From Lingula anatina (taxonomy: Eukaryota; Animalia; Brachiopoda), in the NCBI GenBank assembly GCA_051362555.1, contig CM120648.1, forward strand, positions 12,148,587 to 12,212,586: a DNA stretch of 64,000 bases, written 5' to 3'. The first letter of the stretch is position 1; every line of letters begins with the position of its first letter. The notes beneath the pieces were generated by a model. That model was not told where the DNA came from, searched no databases, and was given only the letters and a program-made list of their open reading frames with translations. A program made the translations under genes and the position numbers. Below, one piece after another: positions 35,531 to 49,500 of the stretch.

Positions 35531-36904
35531 AAAAATTTACATTTTTTCTATATGAAGCTTTGAACTGCATGATGCAGATTGCTGTTTGGTTGAGACTGGG
35601 GCTCAACTAGCACATTTTGAAATACTATCTCTCATTTGAAATACTATATGTATATTGCTCCAAAAGGAAAATGATTTCCGATTTTTATAATTGGCTAAAT
35701 AAACTCTTATCTTATCTTATCCGATGCTACATTTTTTTAACTGAGCACTGCTACTGAGAAATAAAACCAATCATTAAAACAAAAAGAGTAAACTAATGTA
35801 TATGGTTCAACATTATTTGCATGGCAATCTTATATGCAGTAATGAATTGACGGGTCTTTTTTCTGCCCCTCGTTCCTCATAAACACGCACGCACGCACGC
35901 ACGCACGCACACACACACGCACGCACTTGGGGTCAGAGTATAAAATGATGGACTTTGTCATGCAACTACAGATTACCAAACACGTCTGTCACAAATAAAG
36001 AGCTACGATCAAACAAGATTACAAAAGGACTAAACATCATTTACCAAAGGTAGGTCTGTAATAAAACACAGTGCAGAAGATTAAGTAGGCATAGGGATAA
36101 TCAAATAAATAGAATAAGGTCTGAATATTTATTTGAAACACTTCAGATAAAATGGAAAATTACAATAGCTCTGAGGTGTAGCGTCTTAATGTTACGAATA
36201 CATTTCATTTTGTGAATGCTTAAGATATTTATGAAGTGGTGTACGGGTGTACATGTATAGTTAATTTACATGTAGGCCTAACATGCTAGCCTACGCTAGC
36301 TGTAGGGCCTACTAGGCCTACTGGTACCGGTTTACATGTATGTAGGCCTATATTTAGATTTGCACATTATATCTAAAAAAATGGGACCTGAGCGAGTTCA
36401 GTTGGGATAGGAATTTTTTAAATTAAAAACATTTCAGTTGGCCTTCACGTAGGCCTATCATTAGGGCCTAAGTTATGGTTTTGCTCACTCTTGTTCTCTT
36501 TCTCTCTCTCTCTCCAAATTATTTTTAAGATCATTCTATATGAAAAAAACTGTCAAAAATTTATACATCAAGTCCTTAAAAATTCCATATGAATAGAGGC
36601 GTGGCCTGTGATTTTCAAAGATCTTCAAATGGTTGTAATATTTCCTACCGGACACGCCCAAGTGTACAAAATGATTTAAAAACTGGCATATCAACCTTAC
36701 AGCTAGTATTGATATTTGATAAAATATCATTTTCCACTTTTGTTGTCGAGCTGCGCATAGATCGTTCCCTTCAAGATAAGAATGGGTCAGTTTTGTTGTG
36801 CAAACATGATCTATTGTGTGCTTATTGCGAAAGTTTGTAACGGATATTGCGAAATAGCCATACTCCATGCTAGATTGAAACGGACACTTGATTGAAAGAG
36901 TATA

Positions 36905-37085
36905 GAAAGGCCAGCCAATCAAAATCGCAGAAACTCTTCAGCCCGTACTTCCGCCATCTTGTGTCGACTGGTTGGGAGGCAGACACAAAACGCTGCAAAG
37001 AAGGACGCCGAGATTTTACAGGGATTTCTTCCATTTGTAATCTCGTTGAAGTTTATAACATAGTGAGAGTAAGTGTAAGCAGGTA
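36905..37085 (+). promoter_or_regulatory. Candidate promoter / non-coding first exon of the scramblase gene
   Basis: AGCCAATC (CCAAT box) at about 36913, overlapping ETS-like ACTTCCG and YY1-like CCGCCATCTTG at about 36947-36961, and donor-like GTAAGT at 37069 and AG|GTAAAG at 37083. The first coding exon has an acceptor at 40507, so an upstream exon is needed. Confidence 0.5.
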
Positions 37086-37359
37086 AAGTCGTAGATTTCA
37101 TGCCATTAAGCGCACGTTAAATAGCGTTTAAGCAAGAAGCAGTGCAGTCAACCTTTTGTTTACTTTTAGAAACGGGCGGTTCCTATTACAGCAGTGTTTC
37201 CATAACATAACATAAGGTACACAGGAGGTATTTTCTCGAAAAAAAAGTCACTTATTTTGTCCTTAATTGAAAAGCATTTGGACAAACTGTCTTCTCTTTT
37301 CATGCGTGGCTAACTGACAAAATTCCTAAAATGCCGAGATTGTGCAATAATTAATAGTG

Positions 37360-37610
37360 GTGTGATAATAGCCCGTTGAAATCTAGAGCACTTGCACTAA
37401 CAGTCAGCTAGCGTCCCTGTTCGATCCCCGGACGAGTCGAGCATTTCCCCCAAACGTTACAATGGTGACAGTGATGTAGGGCGTGGTGGACTCAGTCTTT
37501 TGGCATTGTTTGGGGGCGGGCAGGGGCGGGGGTGTGCAGTAACTGGCTGGGGTAGACTCGATAGCTCTGTGGTAGAGCACTCGCTCAGGTATTTCCCCAA
37601 AAAAGTTACA
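37360..37610 (+). mobile_element. Degraded miniature LTR element (TRIM-like) with tRNA-like sequence in its LTRs
   Basis: Two repeats ending ATTTCCCC(C)AAA..GTTACA (37461, 37610), both containing TAGAGCACT. PBS-like TGGTGACAGTG follows the first and a G-rich tract precedes the second. A-box-like GATAGCTCTGTGGTAGAGC and B-box-like GTTCGATCCC are present. Confidence 0.5.
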
Positions 37611-37682
37611 ATATTCTCAACTGCATGTGTGACCTAAATTAACTGACTAGTGTAGTTATATTATATTTAGAGTAGGAATTAA

Positions 37683-37731
<49 letters not shown>

Positions 37732-39217
37732 AATTGTCTGTAGCATGACATGATACCAAGATGATACCAAGAGTCACCCAAATTTTTTCACCAATACATA
37801 GAATGAAGAATATGAATCATATTATCAACTGATTAAGTGATAGAATTATTTATCGACCTTTGGTATATCAATATGACCATACTCAACAAGGGACAATAGA
37901 AAAACAGATAGCCTTCTTAAAGCATATTTATTTATCTTTGACCCTGTCTTAACAAAAATTTATATCCGAACCTGTAAATGATGGATGTATAGTGTAGTGA
38001 AGAATTTCACCGGAAGGATTTTCAAGGGGATTTTAGTGTGTACTAGGCAGTTAGAGAAGTTCTTTAAACTAATGATATTATTCCACAGCACCTTCTTTTT
38101 ACCCTCTTCCTTGCTTATTCATTTAAAAGTTTATAACAGAGACATGTTTACTGTCTGGAAGAAAGAAGGAGGACTCATTTCAAAATATTTACACAGGGTT
38201 GTTCTGTCCAGCTTTGGCATGGTTCAGACATATTATTGTGCTAATATAAAAATACAGTTTTCATAAGTTTTTTTTTTTAAGTCATTTTTAATAGAGCTTG
38301 TTAATTGGTATCTTAAAAGGATCTAACACAACTTATCTTAGGATGCTCTTTGAATTTATATATACTTGTGGATGATGAATTATTAGAATACAATTCAATA
38401 AATATATTTTTTCTACTTATTTGGCACAGTTAAATGATGAAACCATGTCTCTACAACAAGCTTTAGTCCACTCTCCGTTGCTATGTCCATCATAAGCTCA
38501 TACCAGGGAATTGATTACATTATCCAGACCCATGTTTGTACATAAATAATACAATATACTGTAAGCAAAGATTACGTAATGACAAAAGAGGCTGCAATAT
38601 GCCTAGCTTGCTGACTGAGTGGCTTTGTGTTCAATACAAAGATTGTCAGGTAAAGACTTTGAAGGACAACACTATGGAAATGGCACGCATGCTGTTCTAT
38701 GATGATTGCAATAAATATATTAAATGATTTAGAATGTGGTATAATCTCCATCTGGTTTTTACCTGGATATTTTCAGTTGCATTTAATTCCTGAATGACAT
38801 TCGTGTCACCTAGTATTTTAATAAGGACTTTTAAATGAAACTTATTTGTATAAATTGGGAATCGTAACTCATTAATCACTGATAAACAATTGGTGACAGC
38901 ATCAGGATGGTTAATAAAAGTGAATAATATTCTTGTGACAAATAATTTTGTTTTTCGACTCTGTATGACTTGTTACCTTACTAGTACTAGTATTTATAAC
39001 TTAAATTATCATTTATCTCTGTGGCCCCATTCTCATATTTACATATATACACATTGGTCTATGTGGATCCACCCAACTCTGTGGAGATTCTTTCTTAGCG
39101 AAATCAGCTTCCTCGAAAACAGAAAAGCAGGAAGGGTTTTATGCAGTTAAGCTGATTGTAACTTCGGTGAGAGTCCTGGCAGCAGAGTTCAAGCACTCTG
39201 CATACACAGATGAGGAC

Positions 39218-39448
39218 TTAAAGCTTATTCCCAGAGCTTTTAGATCGATCTATCCCCGCGGGGAGTCTCACTAGATTACTGTCAGATAATCCCGCTTAAA
39301 TGTCCGTCCTGCCTACTACAAGCTGTAAGGGGGTAATTAACTAAGGTGCGCACTCGGCTGACTGCAATTAAGCACGAATCCCCAGGGAGTTAGGTTGATC
39401 TAAATCTAAATCTCTGGATAGATCGAAATCTCTGGGAATGCACCCTTA
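39218..39448. mobile_element. Palindromic MITE (Harbinger-like)
   Basis: ATTCCCAGAG...TCGATCTATCC at left and GGATAGATCGAAATCTCTGGGAATGCACCC-TTA at right. Confidence 0.6.
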
Positions 39449-40512
39449 GTGTAGGAATTACACTGAGTCTGTTGTGTAATTCTAACAACCAAATTTGATT
39501 ATATGTCTCTGGCAATTGTGTATTGATATATCTTAATAACCAACTGTGAATAATCCAAATACCAATCATGTTGAAGCCAGTATAACCTTGTAAATTTGGT
39601 CAGTTACTATATATCCACCATTTCTGAGAACCAAGAGATTCATCCTAGTAGGTCCTTGAGAAGGACTCGTAGGCTGAAAGACTAGTAATATTCACTTTTT
39701 TCTTCTTATAGTGATGGTGACCTGATGCGTTTATAGCTGATATGTAGTCCAAGTTGAATAACATGAGTCTGGGCCCTATTTTACAAAAAAAAAAAAAATG
39801 TGATTCTATCTTTGCTAACCTATAGTGTTCATGTTTTATATTATATTCAGCCAGTTTCTACACAGAATCAAAAAGGCAAGCTTATTATTCAGTGTTCTCT
39901 GTTTTACTGATAAAATATTTACAGTTTGCTGACAAAAAAACTTATGTAGCATGAAGTAGCATCGTTTCATCGATTAGTTTGTTGTTCTATTTATAAATAA
40001 TGTTTGTTGCTGGGTTCACCAGGTATTGTGTAAGGCTATTTCAATGCCTCTCTTTTTGAAGAGATTTACCTGTTGTTCACGCGTGATCTATAAATTATGG
40101 TGACCCCTCAGATATGAGCAGGATGAATGTAAACTGTTTGCTTTTGGGGGTATTTTTAGCTACTTAATATGTGAATCACAAAGGGGTAGTGAGGTATAGA
40201 AATATAATATTGATCAGTAAATGTGTGCATCCTGCTGTCATTTTTAGTGTAGTTATTTTGATAAGTTGAGGTATAATTTAACATTTATTAAGGGGTCGAT
40301 TCAGATATATATTTTTTTTCTGACAGTCTTCCAAATTATCTCTGTTGATCCAGTCTTCAATTTTGACCATCTTCTGAAAGCAAACATTATGTCATCATAA
40401 ACTTGGATAATTTTTACTGTCTTCCAGACGACCCAAAAGATGGCTTACATCTGCCCCTGTTTATTTCTCATTGTATTATTAGTAACTTCTGTGTTAAATC
40501 GTTGCAGGTATC

Positions 40513-43500
40513 ATGGGGGACCCCGTGACAAATCAACCCGGAGGGGGGATGCCGCCACCCCAGGCATACGGACAGCCACAAGGTAGGCAGAACAGACAGA
40601 CAGGAGACCTTTTTTTTTTTTTTTCGTGATTTAAATGGGAAATCTCAACTTTCTGGGCAGTTTCATGCCATAAGGGGCCCCCAGAGCATCAGTTGTGAGG
40701 CTAGTTATTGAGCCGTTTCTGCCAACTTGTATCTTAAAACCTGTAATCATATCTGATGACAAGTTTTAGGATAAAAGTGGGAAGAAAAGGCTCCGTCATG
40801 ATTGTTGACAAATGGCTTGCTCACATTGTGTTATATCTTAGACTAAGCAGATCTACATTGTATTGCTCTAGACCCCCTTTCAGTGTTTAAAGTTGCCATC
40901 TACTTGTAGATTCTTGAACAGAATAAAGTCGTTTATATTTCCCTATCTAGATAGATGCTTGGTAAGTTGAGGGTTGCAGTTCCTTCATTTGAACTGAAAC
41001 AGAGTAAAAAATAAAAAGGTGGCTGCAAATTGTGTCTGTAAGCATAGCCTGAAATGTCTATAATATCTTACTGTCTTTATTTACTACTTGTATTTTTATG
41101 TACAGACACAGATGTGTCTGTACATATTGCCATCACCTGCGTCTGTCGTCGCCGTCGCCGATGGCGATGCCGATGCCGATGCCGTCGCCGTGCACTTTCC
41201 TTGTAAACACGATAAGTGGAAGGCAGTTTTACTTTTTGGCTTTATATTTACAGAGCTGATGAATATTCATAAAACGCAGGTCAAGTTCGAAAATCAGCAT
41301 GATCGGGCCATTATTGTAGAAGTTATGCTGTTTTTTCACTTTTCAGCATATATGCAACCTTGTAAACACATTTTAAGGAAAACCGTTAGGCCTGTTGTCA
41401 TGAAACTCACAGGAGTAATCAATCTTACTAAAACGCAGGTCAAGTTCGAAAATCAGCATGATCGGGCCACTATTTTAGTAGTTATGTGTTTTTTTCATTG
41501 TTCAGCATATATGCAACACTGTAAACACAATATAAGACAAGGCAGCAAAGCTGTCAAATGTACAGACAAAAAACAGGAAATAACTATGCACAAAATGTTT
41601 ACAGGGTTGCATATTTGCTGAAAAGTGAAAAAACAGCATAACTTATACAATAATGGCCCGATCATGCTGATTTTCGAACTTGACATGCGTTTTATGAATA
41701 TTCATCAGCTCTGTAAATATTATGCCAAAAAGTAAAACTGCCCTCCACTTATCGTGTTTACTAAAACGCAGGTTGAGTTCGAAAATCAGCATAATCGGGG
41801 CATTATTTTAGAAGTTATGCTGTTTTTTCACATTTCCTCAGATTTCCTCAGATTTAATTCTTAGGCATGTTAATAGCCTTATTATTTAAGTAATAAGATA
41901 CGTAAAAGTGTTTGTTTGACATTTCCTGCATCTTTACAACATTGTTAGTTGATTATGTAAAAATGATGGTAAACTTGTTATCGTGTATTGTGTAATAAAG
42001 TGTCAAAAATGGAAATAAACTCATATCATTGCAGTTTGTCGGATTCAATCATTCACTATGTTCAGAATCTCAGAATGGAAGAAATTGGACATTTAACACT
42101 GTTCTATTGATATTTTTCCCATCTCATCAATTTTCTTAGTTTATCATATAAAAACGGCAGAAAACTGTTAATTTTGTTTTATGTTAAAAATTGTTAAAAA
42201 TGGAAATAAACCCATTTCAGAACAGTGCAGTCTTGTTTACATTTTGGCATTTTTAAGGTGTGACTTTGAAGTTCCATGGGCCTGAAGACCTTTGCTAGTC
42301 ACATTTTCTGAATATCCATAATATTAATATTTTATTATTAAAGTTGATGGTCATTATGCTGTTAAACATTATGTAATATTGCATCAAAATTTGAAAAAAA
42401 AAAACTATTTTGGGCACTGCTCCCATGATGACCATTTAAGAAAAACCATGTCATTTACTGTTCTCAAACTTACAGGAAAGTAACATGGGACTAAAATACA
42501 GCTTCAGTAGGAAATACAGTCTGTTTGGTAATTCTTGCTGCCAGTTAAACAGTTATTTTGTGAAAATTTAATTTTTCACATATTGGCATTTTCAAGGTGT
42601 GACTTTGAAGTTCCACGGGCTTGAAGACCCATGCTAGTCACATTTTCTGAAAATCCATGATACGTATATTTTATTATTAAAAATTGACGGTCATTATTCT
42701 GTTAACCATTATGTAATATGGCATCAAAATAGAAGAAAACACAATTTTGGGTGCTGCTGCCATGATGACCATTATGGGAAAACCATGTTACTTATGATTG
42801 CCAAACTTTCAAAAAAGAAATACAGGACTAAAATGCAGTCTGAGTTGGAAAAGCAGTCTAAGGAACTTCTTTTTCTGGAAGTTATACATTTTCAAAATGT
42901 AAACTTGTCACATATTTTAATTACATTGGTATTAATTGTTGAGGATAATTAAAATTTGATGTTGAATTTGCAGTTTAACATAATGTATTTTTGCATCAGA
43001 ATTGACAGTAGCCTATTTTGTGCATAGTTATTTCCTGTTTTTTGTCTGTACATTTGACAGCTTTGCTGCCTTGTTGACATTTTTGATTGAAATATTAGAT
43101 ATGTAAAAAAGGATAAGATTTAAAAAATGTCATGCTGTATTTCTCATGCGAGAAAGGAGATAGACACAATCAGATGAAGATTCATTTACAAATCTACCAC
43201 AGTTATCTAGCACAGTTACCTATCTCAAGATTCTAATATTAAAACTTATTGCACTGACTCCTATATGGACTTCTTATCCAGCATGTCAGACTCTGCTATA
43301 TAAAGAACTGCAACCATCATACCTGCCACCCTAACCTAACCAGGTGTGTTTATTACTTTTTAGCTCGTCATTTGTGAATCCTAGTATGTGTACTACTGTA
43401 CTAGTACCTGTATGATTATTAAAGTAAAGTTAATTATATGCTCCCGTTTTACTTCCTGGACAGAATAGCTATTGAAAATGGTTTTATAAATATAAACAAT

Positions 43501-46500
43501 AAACAAGTTGTTCAAACTGTTTAACAAGGTTAAATATCTGCAATTATTTATGCTCATACCAGCAATTAGATAGTAACCAGACGAGTTCATATATCATGTG
43601 AGGAAAAGAGAGGAAGACGGAGAGAAAGAACGTGACGTGTGTGACCGTGTCAAGTGGACATAAGCTTATTGTGTGACAGTATAATCATATCTTTATAGCC
43701 CCTGACTGCAAAATTGTCATCTTTTGATTTCGTAGGGTTGCATCAGTGTATGACCATATCTGCTACACTACTGTAAAGATATTACTAAATTATCTAGAGC
43801 GGTGAGACACATGTGTACATTAAGAAATAAGAGAGTCTGTTTCCTGGAAACCCAAGAGGAAACTTTCTGAAGTGAATCATTACACTTCAGGTGTTTTTTC
43901 CTCAAAGCTTTAACCTGCTTTGGGGGGGGGGGGGGGGGGGGGGGGGTCAAAGTTTGGCCTTTGGGCATCAATGAAGAAATGGATACGAGTTTGTGAAATG
44001 GTTGCAGTATGGGACAACTTTGCAAGTTTAAGGGCAAAAAAGTGTAATTCTATGACCTGAGCACATGATAAATGACAAACCATTGCAAAAGGATGCGGTC
44101 AATGATTTACAAATTAGTTGAAATTCAGGAAATGATCAGTTAGCTATGTTGCATTTTTCAAAATTAATTGCACCATTTTTTTATAAATATACATACAGCC
44201 TTTACTATTTCGTTTAACATTGATGAGATTTTGGTAGTCATGCTGTGTGTCCTCCTGCTTAATTGCTGTCAAGACGGTGAGCCAGATTTCACAGAATTCA
44301 CAATAATTCTACCCTGGCAATGTGTTAAGCCTGTTCAACCAGTTACCTATATGTTAGCAGGGCAGTAGATATGACTAGCCCACTCCCTACAGTGTGCATT
44401 GATTCTAAAGTACAGCATGTTTCTTTAGGTCTGCCCTTTTCTCTTTGTGTGTGTGACCACGCCTGCTGATAATGCAGAGTGTAATATGAAAGTCAAATAG
44501 AAACTTGAGCTACACTATCAGGCAAGGCTGGGGGTTTAGTCTTTCCACTGTATTGTAACCAGGGGCATTCGTGAGCCATATGAAAAGGGTTTGTTATGAA
44601 AGAGGTTGAGAATGGCTTCAACCCCACCAACTCTGTATAGTAATTTGTTTCGAAATTATGACAAAATTACTGTCTACCCCTGCCCATGTTTTATCAGTTA
44701 TAGTGAAAAACTATTGTGTAATATTCTTAAGAATGAGTCAGGTTTGTGTAAGAGAATTTGTTTGTATTATGTGTCAGAATAATAAAAGAAACTTGAATCA
44801 TTTAATAATTATAATAGCTGAATGTGACAGGAACTTCAATTTTGAGTTATTTTTGGGAAAAAAAGAATAATTTAAATTGGGGTTTCTACTCAAAGAGGAA
44901 AATCTTGTAATGCTTTATATTTTGGGTAAGATTATAAGTATGCATGGCTAGTTTAGAGAATGTCTGTTGTTATGTGACAAGTTGTAAGCAGTGTGAGGAG
45001 ATACCTGATGTGTACTGTGGTGGGAACTGTGACCCTGTTACGTATCAGGTATTGCAATCGACTGACTAGTAAGTCAAAGAGAGCTTTAGAGATAGGTTTA
45101 AAATAACAAAAAGGTGATTTTTTGTCAATATGATGATCATCGTAAGGCCAAAGAAGAAAAAAACTGATCCATCTTGCAAATTTGAATATGGTGGAAATGA
45201 TCAGTGTTTGAATTTGATAAATAAGTTTTTAAAACATTATTTTTGTCTGTTGCCTAAACATGCTATTATCAAAAACTGAACATGACTGCATTATGCTTAA
45301 GACATTCCATTTTTTATTGTTGATCAGTGCAACAAAAACTTTTCCTTTAATTAGTTCATTAGTTCTCCATTAAAAACCACATTACTTTGATCTGTACATG
45401 TCCTGGTTCTTTTTTCCTGGAAAAATAATGTCAGAACGTGAGTGGAAGTGCTGAGGTAGTGGTGAAATTCCATGAGCTGGAAATATCATAGAAACCAATT
45501 CAAAAGATGGTGAATATATATAATACTGTGCAGTAGGCTGTAATCGGAAAGGACTTATTAGAGAAAACAACCAGAAAAAAATGTCTGTTGAATCTCTGAT
45601 TCCACTTTACAAATCTTGGGAAATATCCTTGATTTTACACTAAGAGACAAGACATAAGTAATCTTAGAACATTTTAATGTTGAATAATTTTCTACAATTC
45701 AAAAATAATTATTTTACACTCTACCGAAAAAATTCGGAAATATGAAATTGTTTTTCAGTTATTAAAAAACTATTTAATGAAGAAGTAAAAATCTTCATTG
45801 TATATAATCAAGTATAAAAAATGCTGGATGCATTATCTATCAGTGGGAGGTAGAGGATTGCTGTGCCTTACTACTCGTGATTTGTTGATTGATAAATTTG
45901 ATGAAGTTGAATTAATGATTGATTGATGGGCTTTGTTTATAAATTTATAGATGTGATTTGAATGTGAGCAGCTGCGTGATCACTTATAAATGAACCAAAT
46001 CAATGTAATTAGTAACAATGTAGTGCTTTGTATCTGTCAAGTTTCCCATAGTTTCAGATACACACTTTTGTCTCTGTGCAAGTCCTTCAGTTAACACAAG
46101 TGATGTTTACATTAGAATAATCCATGGTGAAGTGTATTGAGTGGGAGATTATTTACCTTGGAAACGGTCAATAAACACCTGGCTTTTTGGTTTAATATTT
46201 TGACATAACCTTCCATTAGGCAATCTGATATGGCTAGAAGAGTGGGAGTTTATATAATGTGACCTACATTATGAACTGGGCTGGCAATATTATTAATTAA
46301 TTAGTTAAGTAGCAGTCTCTGTAAGGTTCAGAATAGGGTGGCACATGACCCTCTCAGATTTTGATGAAAATTGGTGTATTTGTTCATTATAGCCCCAAAC
46401 CAACATAATGGATATTGGTTAGTTTGAATCACCCTCGGTTGCCATGGTAACAGCACTTAAAATTTTTCACCCAAGATGGCGGAATCCAGATTGCAAAATT

Positions 46501-49500
46501 TCAATTTCAGCTATATTTGAGCTAAAAAACCATAAATGTGGATAAATATTTATTTTTCATTTTCAGACATTGTTAAATATCATATCCTATTTGAACAAAA
46601 AACATATAAATAAATGTTTTTGGTGGCCTTTAAAAATTAGAAAAATAACTTTGAAAATGGGGAATTTTCAAAAATTCCAATTTTTGCTAAAATGCCCAAA
46701 TTTGCAAATTTCAAATACATTTTTCATAGACTGGCCAAAGCCATCTATTATCACCATACATTACATAAGAAAGTACATTTACTGTCCTTTTATAATCAAA
46801 AATAAAATTTTTTTCAAACACATTTTTCAAAAAATTATTCAATTTTTTAAATTCTTAATCCAAGATGGCGGCAACCAAATTGCACATTTTACATATTTGT
46901 GTATATTAAAAAAAACAAACATGGTTAAACACATATTTTATATTTGTATGTTGCTAAATCCCAAATCTTGATTAATTGAAAAACATAAAAAATATTATTT
47001 TTTGCTGGCCTTTAAAAATTAAAAAAATAACTTTGAAAATGGGGAATTTTCAAAAATTCAAAATTTTGCTTTTCATACACTGGCCAAAGCCACCTATTAT
47101 TGACATACATTACATAAGGAAGTACATATACTGAACTGTTTTAATCAAAAATAAATTTTTTTTCAAACACATTTTTCAAAAAATTATTCAAATTTTAAAA
47201 TTCTTAATCCAAGATGGCGGCAATCAAATGGCAAAATGTCCCTATTTCTGCTTTAAACTAAACAAGCATGGATAAAACACACATTTCATTTTAGTATCCT
47301 GCTCAATATTATATCTTGATTTAGTCAAATGCATATTACTTAATATTTTAAAGTCCTAAAAATTTAGAAAAACAACTCTAAAAATGGCAGATTTCCAAAA
47401 TTTCAAATTTTAGCTAAAATGCCCAAATTTTGCCATTTTTAAATACATTTTTTATAGACTGGCCAAACCCACCTAATATTGTCATACATTATAAGTAAAT
47501 GTTTTGTGTTAATATTATAAAAAAAATCTTTTTTCAAACATTAAAAAAAAAAATGCAAATTTTTAAATTCACAATTCAAGATGGCATCAACCAAATTTTC
47601 CATTTTTAGCTATTTCTGCTTTAAAAATGGATTAAAATACAAATTTTGTACTTGTGTCCTGCTAAATAACTTGATTTAGTCAAAAGCACACAGGTAAATA
47701 TTTTTGTGATCTTTAAAAAAAACTTTAAAATGATGAATTTTCACAATGGGACAATGGGTGTTAATCTTTCAAGGTCATACAATAACAGCAATGTGGTGGT
47801 ATTCTTTTGGTTGACATCCAATAGTTGAGAAATATCTCCTACCAGTCTCAGCTTCAGTTTCAATCTCTTGTGGACCTTCTACCACTGTCCAGGAAAAAAA
47901 TTCCCTTATCCATAAACTACTATCTATAATGTGCGTGGATTTAGCAGTGCCCACCCCAGATTAATTGACATTTTCATTTGATTCTTTTAATTGTATATGA
48001 ATATATTTTAAACAAGTCACAGTGAATTAAAACATGTTTTTAGTCTTTCTTATTTGAAAGAAAATGAGGCATCTTCTCTACATAGTAGTAAATTATATGA
48101 ATATTTATTATGGTGTTCAGCATTTTTGTCACAAACTTAAAATACCAATATATATTTTCCCTCATGCTCCTTGCCCTAAGATGTTCATAATTTATTAATT
48201 TTGCTAATTTTCTTTTGGTATACAACTTATTTGTAAGAATATTTGTTGTAGGTAAAGTCCATTGGTAACCAGCTACACTGTTAGAAGTTGTGATATCAAA
48301 GCAAAGCAGTTATCAATGTTAAGGGTGCCTCAACATGATAGTATTTGATGCATTTTGTCCCGAGAATCATGCATGATCATACATTTTGACTAGTCCAACA
48401 TCTGCCTCAACACTGAGGACTAATTTGGCATGTTACAATCAGGTAGAATGTATCATTATGATAATTTCCCCTATTTAAGTTACTATTTACAATTTTAATG
48501 TAAAGAGTAAAGTTGGGTCACCTGCTAGTTTTCAGTAAAGAAATATGAGAAAAATGTATGGATAACACAGACTTTATGATATCAAAACTGTGGGAGCATT
48601 ATACTAAGCAGGACTTGATTAGGTGAGTCTTTAATACAAATAGCATGATTATCAAGGCTTATAAAGTAATGCTAACTTGTTTTCTCATTTAGTACTTTTT
48701 GTGACTGAAAATCTAATGTACTGCTATATCTTTCCGAGAAAAACTGAGCTGCAAGACTGGTTTGTCAAATAAAGTGCAATAGTACACACCATATCACTCC
48801 CATTCTGAAAGGATAAAACTGGCTGCTTGTATTTGTATTATTTTAAAGGTGATACATACACAAGGACCATTATATTTATCTGATCCTATCTGTTTTAACT
48901 GACCAAGGCGGTCCACACATTTTAATACTGAGAATGACCTTATTTTAGAACAGTCTATTTTAGAGAAGGGGTGCCTCAAAAGTTATGGAGATCGGGCTTT
49001 TATAATCTATGCCTCCAAATTATGGAACGCCTTACCAAATTTTATTAGAAAAGCAGACGACTTTGACAGTTTTAAATCCCTTCTTAAAACTCACATTTTT
49101 AAATCTGTCTATATCTCTTAGGTATATATATATATATAATGTTTTTAGTAGTGTTAATTTTAAATGGTTTCCAATTGTTTCAGATTTAAATATTGTAGTG
49201 ATTTTTTAATGATTTTAGTTATATTATTGTAAGGCGCCTTGAGGTAGCACGTAAGGCACCATATAAGAATATTATTATTGTTATTGACAGATATCTTTTA
49301 CATGTCTATTTTATTTTACAAGTTTTTTTTTTATTTAGAATCCTGGTTGTGAAGAACTAGAAATCTCTTCCACTTGTATGAGTACCAATTTCTACTGTAT
49401 ATATTAAGTATTCAAGTAATCTGTTCTGTTATCGACTTCAAGTACCTGAGAGGGCACGATGGGCCTTACAGGGCGCTGTTTTCAATTGGAGGTAGACCAT

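Noticed and set aside
37380-37600. Functional tRNA gene
   Set aside because: The A and B boxes lie in separate degenerate repeats in the wrong order, and no cloverleaf can be folded.
39160-39700. Possible Penelope-type hammerhead remnants (hairpin GCAGAGT-TCAAGC-ACTCTGC before CAGATGAGGAC; CCTTGAGAAGGACTCGTAGGCTGAAAG)
   Set aside because: The catalytic CUGANGA/GAAA core is not intact and the first is cut by a MITE; not supportable without a covariance-model search.
41088-41621. 177-aa ORF with internal repeat, and similar ORFs at 16267, 16952, 55133 and 55390
   Set aside because: Translations of HINE core repeats and microsatellites; no protein motif.
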